IMG/VR virus record: IMGVR_UViG_3300029880_000003
Location: 2,978 to 66,977 of that record
Source: a virus
Taxonomy: Duplodnaviria; Heunggongvirae; Uroviricota; Caudoviricetes
Strand: one strand, 5' to 3'
Length of the DNA stretch: 64,000 bases
The notes under the pieces were generated by a model that was not told the DNA's origin, made no database searches, and saw only the letters and a list, made by a program, of their open reading frames with translations. The position numbers and the translations under genes are program-made. Positions within the stretch are counted from its first letter, which is position 1; each line of letters starts with the position of its first letter. This document shows positions 60,001 through 64,000 of this stretch, one piece after another.

Positions 60001-62102
60001 ACGCCAGTGTCAAGATTATCAAAAGTAGAGAGGAGATCATCAGCCCAGCCAGTAATAGCAGCTTTTGCGTCATCACCAGTTTTATCACCTATGATGTTCT
60101 TAACAGTTTCGCCACTTAATCCACTGACAATAGAATTTAAAACTCCTTGAGTTTTCTCATCAATATTCTTATAATCATCGCTCAAGAACGCATTTTCAAG
60201 ATAGGCGCTTATTGCCTCGCGAGTCTCTTGTGTAGCCTCGTTCATTGCAGAATCAACTTCAGATGTGTAATTACTCAAAACGCTCTTTACAACTTCAGGA
60301 TGTTGCTTGCGCACCTCTGCGATGAACTTGCTATAAGTCTCAGAAGTAGAGAAATCGCCAGGTAGATCAACGCCTTCTAATTGGATATTTTGTTTCTCTA
60401 TCTCATCTTTTAAGGCTTGACCTATTTTATGAGCAGAGCCAACTACGCTATCTGTGTATTCCCTTGCTTTTTCCTCGTTGATATCGGAATCACCAAGAAT
60501 CTTTTCCAAAACACTTTTGTCATCGGAACCAAGGGAATTGGAGTTCTTACCATATTCCTTTTCGATTTTCTTATAATCGTTCTGAAAATCATCAGCAATA
60601 TCACTAAGACCTTTATAGTCTTTGCCGTCACCATTCAGCAGACTATTGTTCTCTGCTATGATAAGATTGTTATAAGCATCGGTAAGGGTATCTACATTGC
60701 CAGCACAATTAAGAATTGCATTACCCTGAGAGTCATAACCAGAAACAAGAGATGGGGTCATACCTGCTATTTGATTTACAACCTCTTGATACTTCTCATA
60801 TTCATCTGGCATAAGACTTACATTTTTGCCAGTTTTTTCATCAACGCCCTTTGACAATTCAACATAACTCTTAGCCAAATCCTCAAAGTCAGACTTGTTC
60901 TTTACAAGTTCTTCTCTTTGCTGCTTATGGCTTGTAGTAACATCATCAATTTTATCAGCTAGCTCGCTAGCTCTATTTATATATGATGATATTCCTTCAA
61001 TTGCAGCAGATATAAGGAAGCTAACTCCCATTGTCAAGGCGGCGTTAGCGGCTATAGAGGCAACGCGAAGAGCCATTGTTGCAGCTTTTGCAGCCACAAG
61101 CGATCTAGTGTATCCAGCAATGCTAGCCTCGGCATTCTTTATGCCAGCACTGTCAACAAGTGCGGTAGCGCTGCCAGATTCTTTAAGTGATGCTCTTTGT
61201 TTGGCTCTCTCTTCGTTTACTTTTGCGTAACTAGTCAGATACTTGCCAAGAGATTTATCTGTCTTCTCAATCGCCGCAGCATACTCAAGCTGGTTAACGC
61301 CCATGTCCTTTAATTGCTTAGGGTCGTTAAACCTGTCTATAATAGACTTCTTAGAGCTAAGGCTCTTATCTTCTGCCGACCTGGATATCGCATCTAAATT
61401 TACAAGCTTCGTGACCATTTCCTCGGTAATGCCATTTGTTTCTTTGCTTACATTGTTTAGATCGATCTGACGTTTTATAAGTCTTTTGATAGACTCTTCG
61501 CCGTCTGCGAAATGATTTTGCCACGCCTGAATCGGAGCGGTACCGTTCGCTACATCAGCATTGAAAGCAGCTAGGGCGCTTCTGCTTTTCTCGATGTTCT
61601 CAGTTACCTTGCTGAACGCCGCATCATGCTTCTTGCCGAACGATGATTCAGACATGTCCTTTCCGAAGAAAGACCCTATGGTATCGCCAGCATACTTGAA
61701 CATCTTCGGCAAATCTTTTACATCGTTGTTAAGAATCTGCATCTTCGGGATAAGACCATCAACGTCTTTGTTCAACGTGAAGATACCAGTATTCTTAAAC
61801 GACAAAGCGGCACTGATTGTACCAAGAAGAGTGGGGAGGACACCTATGGTATTAATAAGACCAGTAAATGTCTCAACAGCAGCTCTACCGCCATCAACGA
61901 TTCCATTAAGGAATCCAGAGTCCATAGTAGATGTAGAGAATGCTTGCCAAGAAGCTGTCAACTGGTCAAGATGACCCTGCATAGACTGCATGTATTTCTC
62001 TTGCTCTGCGGCTGCGCTGCCGTCAGAGTTAAGAGCAGAGTCTTTCATCTTCTTTACGTTCTCCCAGTTTTGGAGGAGGGAGGCGATGTCGTTAGCGCGG
62101 TG
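54024..62102 (-). CDS. tape measure protein, 3' exon
   Basis: Frame opens at HRANDIASLLQNW upstream of the tracked ATG; long coiled coils; C-terminal AWTQE.GAE. Confidence 0.9.
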   Translation of the reverse strand, partial: HRANDIASLLQNWENVKKMKDSALNSDGSAAAEQEKYMQSMQGHLDQLTASWQAFSTSTMDSGFLNGIVDGGRAAVETFTGLINTIGVLPTLLGTISAALSFKNTGIFTLNKDVDGLIPKMQILNNDVKDLPKMFKYAGDTIGSFFGKDMSESSFGKKHDAAFSKVTENIEKSRSALAAFNADVANGTAPIQAWQNHFADGEESIKRLIKRQIDLNNVSKETNGITEEMVTKLVNLDAISRSAEDKSLSSKKSIIDRFNDPKQLKDMGVNQLEYAAAIEKTDKSLGKYLTSYAKVNEERAKQRASLKESGSATALVDSAGIKNAEASIAGYTRSLVAAKAATMALRVASIAANAALTMGVSFLISAAIEGISSYINRASELADKIDDVTTSHKQQREELVKNKSDFEDLAKSYVELSKGVDEKTGKNVSLMPDEYEKYQEVVNQIAGMTPSLVSGYDSQGNAILNCAGNVDTLTDAYNNLIIAENNSLLNGDGKDYKGLSDIADDFQNDYKKIEKEYGKNSNSLGSDDKSVLEKILGDSDINEEKAREYTDSVVGSAHKIGQALKDEIEKQNIQLEGVDLPGDFSTSETYSKFIAEVRKQHPEVVKSVLSNYTSEVDSAMNEATQETREAISAYLENAFLSDDYKNIDEKTQGVLNSIVSGLSGETVKNIIGDKTGDDAKAAITGWADDLLSTFDNLDTGVRDKLTSAFDLSSEFSKGDMSLGEYKKQLEEAEEIIDSLNVDDNTKNQLKLSLNVNDVKSQYDSLKNRLETDEKIKMKPELAEDFVDSLSSSELAAAQELIIDGNIDWKGKSPDDIKKEIQDLAKLTEAMRFTIDIETETDGLDKVNTALAESKTATGLTTESIDALKSRYKDLVGYNVASLFEETANGIRLNSSEYQKLEQQYASGKLKEADSQLATLKSRYDELDGSIKNCSDASQMSAMVTEQENIRQQINNVAELAAQYEGLASKFNAWQNIESAGSDRDMYESVLSGFDSVKEELDRGWLDDGSKAFIDMFVPDGTVLNSIDDYKAKWDSLDEKIKGTSYSVRDFFTKNEEGASTNDGVYNFLDAVDQLGKGNIKRDENGEIVSFDFGVNGDKAIADAMGISEEMVQIIERASEDAGFTINMDGAYTSLADLQNRAMTANEALIKMGKTTTTFKFNESTKEGVKSQLDSAKELLDSDQFKVDGKFNIKTEGAQEALTIAQTLQAQWDNLNKPAYMSIDVSQVDDVIKEPIKNLQEFDKLSSQKHQMELAGADTSEVDKSMDEIVSKLEGLEPEVKTRLGIDNLSEDELKSKLENDEITIPAELDIQAKMDSKLGVLVDQALHDAGIIDDEEYKKRLKVYVDADADADKSEESGEKAGEAAGEAAKKSFKERVKNWGQELAKEGKSLTAAQNDRLTKFANNDKNSYVNDFNEDEQTRVIKFVGDWSEIDKYNQEEQQAVVEYVAKNPDFLKDLNKDEQKKVAIDFVAKNKNILDDLKLDEGQRKVVVDFVAKNPDVLKGLEDVDRTVAINFIAKNKDFLDKLGDDEKQVAVRLVVKNPGIFNDLNDDEKQVAVKFVADTNIVDSYKPEELTTIVNFVKDSTDIDNYAPEEKQAIARYAVDGGAVENYSVDDRKAIVKFFANSANVDSYTPEQKKAYVEFLKKTAEVDGWTPEIKNALVKFGVSAEQVEAWSAPSKEGTATYKKDSSQVDGWQPANKNADAVYTASMTPYTPPTLYGTIKYTVQTVTSGIASGIKNLFGGGNGVDGTAHANGTAYANGTAGKAFAQGNWGTKENGVALGGELGTELLVRNGHWYTIGEDSAEFFGYKKGDIIFNADQTREIFEKGKITHGNGRGRALADGTAFSSGSGGLGRASSSKKRSSSSSSKKSSSGSSSKSSGSSKSSSSGSSDEADKFEEQIDWIEIAIDRIERAISRLDLKATSVFKGWTERTSALNDQISQTTKEISLQDSAYNRYMQEANKVGLSENYASKVRDGTIDIETITDEDLNDKISDYKEWYEKALDCKDAIDELKESEAELYKQRFENVSTKYEGALGVIQHEKDMLDEFVSQTEERGYLISSRYYEALTANAQKNITKLEQQKAEMLKELQNAMSSGTITKYSESWYDMVNSVDEVTKSIEELKTSTLEYANSIREVKWDIFDKMQDQISNVADEANFLIDLMDNKKLFEDNGQLTDEGMATMGLHGTNYNTYMYQADKYAEELKRIQAELAKDPYNQNLIDRRQELLEAQQEAILNAEQEKDAIKDLVEEGIDKELDSLQDLIDKYEDAIETQRDLYDYSKKVKEQAGEVAKLEKQLSAYQNDSSEEAKAKIQQIKVDLEEAKSDLEETELDKFADDQSKMLDSLYSQYEEILNKRLDDIDALMNDMIVKINENGDKIGQTITDSASNVGYELTDAMATIWSSGNGSVSNIISTYGDDFTSKLTTTNFALNTINTNLQNMITQLNKLAGTDVKSASTSSAANSKEANTEKYVPPPPAPSTSDNENKSISVGGQINAGSATIYADSEGHGGGRQYFRNDPIYTVLSERNGYILTRHHSLARGYTGWFKKGDVSAYKTGVEDIIADQLAWTQENGAEMIVRPSDGAILTPLAQGDSVLTAAASKNIWDMANNPADFIKGNLGIDAANAPITNSGNVNYTQNLDKIVFNLPNVKNYEQLLTSMQKDKNFERLITSMTIDRVAGKSALAKGKAIR

Positions 62103-63785
62103 CTTTTTGTAATCTTTTTGTAAACTTGTATGTTGTTTACAAGATTTGGTTTATATGGCTATTAGGATTTAAATTCTCCGTTATTATATCTTTCAACAAA
62201 TCTGCCCCACATATCTGGCGTTGTAATTTTTCCATAAATATGATGAAACAATTTATGTAAATCAGTCCTGATGCATACGCCAAGTGGATATTCGTTATGC
62301 TTCGTTATCATACAATTTAACATTAATGACAATTCATCATCAGTATAATCGCTAAAATTATCTTTTAACGTAATATCTAATTCCTCTAGTGCTTCGTTAA
62401 ACATTGTGTTAAAACTATACAAATGATGTATTTGAAAATTTTTTGAACCAGTTAATACACACATATAATCGCAATTACGCATAGATTCATTCTTCCACAC
62501 CCTAAGATTACCTCTGATATATGCTTGAAGATCGGCGTATGATTTACCGTTTCTATCGCTTATCCTAGCAAGCTTTAACATGCTGCGCTTATCTACGATT
62601 GCATGAAGTTCTCTGCCTAAACTCTTGGCTATCTCTTTATCAGACATCGATTTCCAATTGTCAATAAGAAATTTTTCTTCTTCATCAGACCAATAAGTAT
62701 CCAGATAAAATTTACTTTGTATATTCAAATTATTAGCCTGACGTACAATAGCTTGCCTTGTGCGCTTTGATAATCGCAAACATACTTCATCAACTGATTC
62801 GATTGGGTAATATCTGTATAATATATCCAATTCCTCGTCAGTCCACGACCTATCCTTTGAATATCCAAAATACTTCAAAGCCTTCGTTTGAATGGCATCG
62901 TTTGAATGCCTATCACAAATCATCTCTCTGATCTCATCAAGCGTGTTCGAATAATAACATTTTTCAACAACAGCTAAATCTTCATTAGTCCATTTTTTCT
63001 CATTATAATAATCTGCCGATATTCCAAGTCTATTACATGTACCAATTATACTTGACATTGTAGTGTCTGGTATTTCTTTAAAGATACTATCAAAATCACC
63101 TTTAGGATAATATTTACTTAGCGTTTTAATATCATCATCGGTAAATCTATGTTTTGTATTTTTATATACACCAATAGACTTTAATTTTCCAATAATGGTT
63201 CCAGAATTCCTGTCATATTTTTCAGACATTTCTTTCGGGGTCATCCCGTTTTTATAATCCGAAATAATGTTATTTAATTCTTCTTCTGTAAATCTTCTTG
63301 CCATATAAATCCTTATATAAACCAAATCCTCATGTTTTCACATGAGAAGCGACCATTTCTTCACCTTCAACATTGTAGCATAATTTGAATACAATATTCT
63401 GACAATTATGCACAATTTGTTAAGGGCATACCTTTTCCGATTAAGGGAATTTCTCCCACGCCATAAACTTGCGCCGTACTCCTTATGATTTGGATATTCA
63501 GGGTTTCCACCTTTATTTTATAACCATATATTATACTTATTATAATATATACAGTATTTCCAAATCCCTACATGGGGATGGTCTGTGAACGTTCACCCTC
63601 GACTAAAGTACCGCATGGTCTGCGGGATACGTTAGGGTGCTTCGTTGCAGAACAGCCATTGTAGCATCTTTACGTTTTCAAACCATCATATAATAGTTTC
63701 CCATATATTGTGGTGTAAAGCTTTAGGCATTACCTGCAATTAAATATGTTCTTTATGCGCATTTCTGCGCATTCTGGTAAGCATT
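62103..63785 (-). ncRNA. group I intron in the tape measure gene (ends uncertain by up to 3 nt)
   Basis: P AATTGCAGGTAA, Q CTGCAAC, R GTTCACAGACCAT, S AAGAAATGGTCG; removal restores LLETVAGK-HRAND. Confidence 0.88.
62162..63304 (-). CDS. intron-encoded HNH endonuclease with Myb/SANT-like repeats
   Basis: Five (F/W)(T/S)xx(E/D) repeats; CVLTG..IHH..H..FH C-terminus; AT-rich; located after P7. Confidence 0.8.
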   Translation of the reverse strand: MARRFTEEELNNIISDYKNGMTPKEMSEKYDRNSGTIIGKLKSIGVYKNTKHRFTDDDIKTLSKYYPKGDFDSIFKEIPDTTMSSIIGTCNRLGISADYYNEKKWTNEDLAVVEKCYYSNTLDEIREMICDRHSNDAIQTKALKYFGYSKDRSWTDEELDILYRYYPIESVDEVCLRLSKRTRQAIVRQANNLNIQSKFYLDTYWSDEEEKFLIDNWKSMSDKEIAKSLGRELHAIVDKRSMLKLARISDRNGKSYADLQAYIRGNLRVWKNESMRNCDYMCVLTGSKNFQIHHLYSFNTMFNEALEELDITLKDNFSDYTDDELSLMLNCMITKHNEYPLGVCIRTDLHKLFHHIYGKITTPDMWGRFVERYNNGEFKS

Positions 63786-64000
63786 TTTACCAGCAACCGT
63801 TTCAAGCAACTCTGCTTGGTCTGTGTCTCCAATGTCATCCCAAACTTCTGCTATACTGTTTAAGATATCGTATGTTGATTTAAATTCACCGTTACTATCG
63901 AAGATGTTGGTGTGACCACCAGTAAGGTTGAAAATTTGACCCTGCATCTTAGACAGATTCTCAACGTTTTCATCTGTGTCTTCGCCAAGTTCTTCTAATT
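63786..64000 (-). CDS. tape measure protein, upstream exon (runs off the window)
   Basis: KMQG.I..LTG..FKSTYDIL..IAEVWD..QAELLETVAGK (TP901-type TMP core). Confidence 0.88.

Noticed and set aside
32415..61974. Many short plus-strand ORFs in the structural arm
   Set aside because: They fully overlap well-supported minus-strand genes.
63753..63947. Standalone 64-aa gene
   Set aside because: It is the tape measure upstream exon reading a few codons into the intron.

Overview
This window is part of a large, probably temperate, tailed (sipho-like) phage genome with two converging arms. The + arm (1-23.5 kb) holds small early-type genes, then Thg1, DnaE, a RecD2-like helicase, NAD-dependent ligase, NrdD (split by a group I intron with an HNH endonuclease), NrdG, dUTPase, a ThyX-like protein, a tyrosine integrase with an attP-like repeat region, and a RelE-type toxin pair. 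The - arm (23.5-64 kb) holds tail, adsorption and lysis genes: tape measure (split by a second group I intron with a non-canonical splice junction), Dit, a tail spike, holins, an amidase, a 2395-aa multidomain protein and several fibre-like paralogues. The main finding is a 10-way shufflon-like locus at 27.9-32.1 kb. A tyrosine recombinase is followed by nine start-less C-terminal cassettes, each behind the site TAG(C/T)ATTCCATATCCC. One inverted, symmetric site (TGGGATTCCATATCCCA) lies inside the expressed fibre-tip gene, and its unique arm recurs as an inverted repeat in the recombinase promoter region. All calls come from reading the sequence and recalled family motifs; no searches were run.
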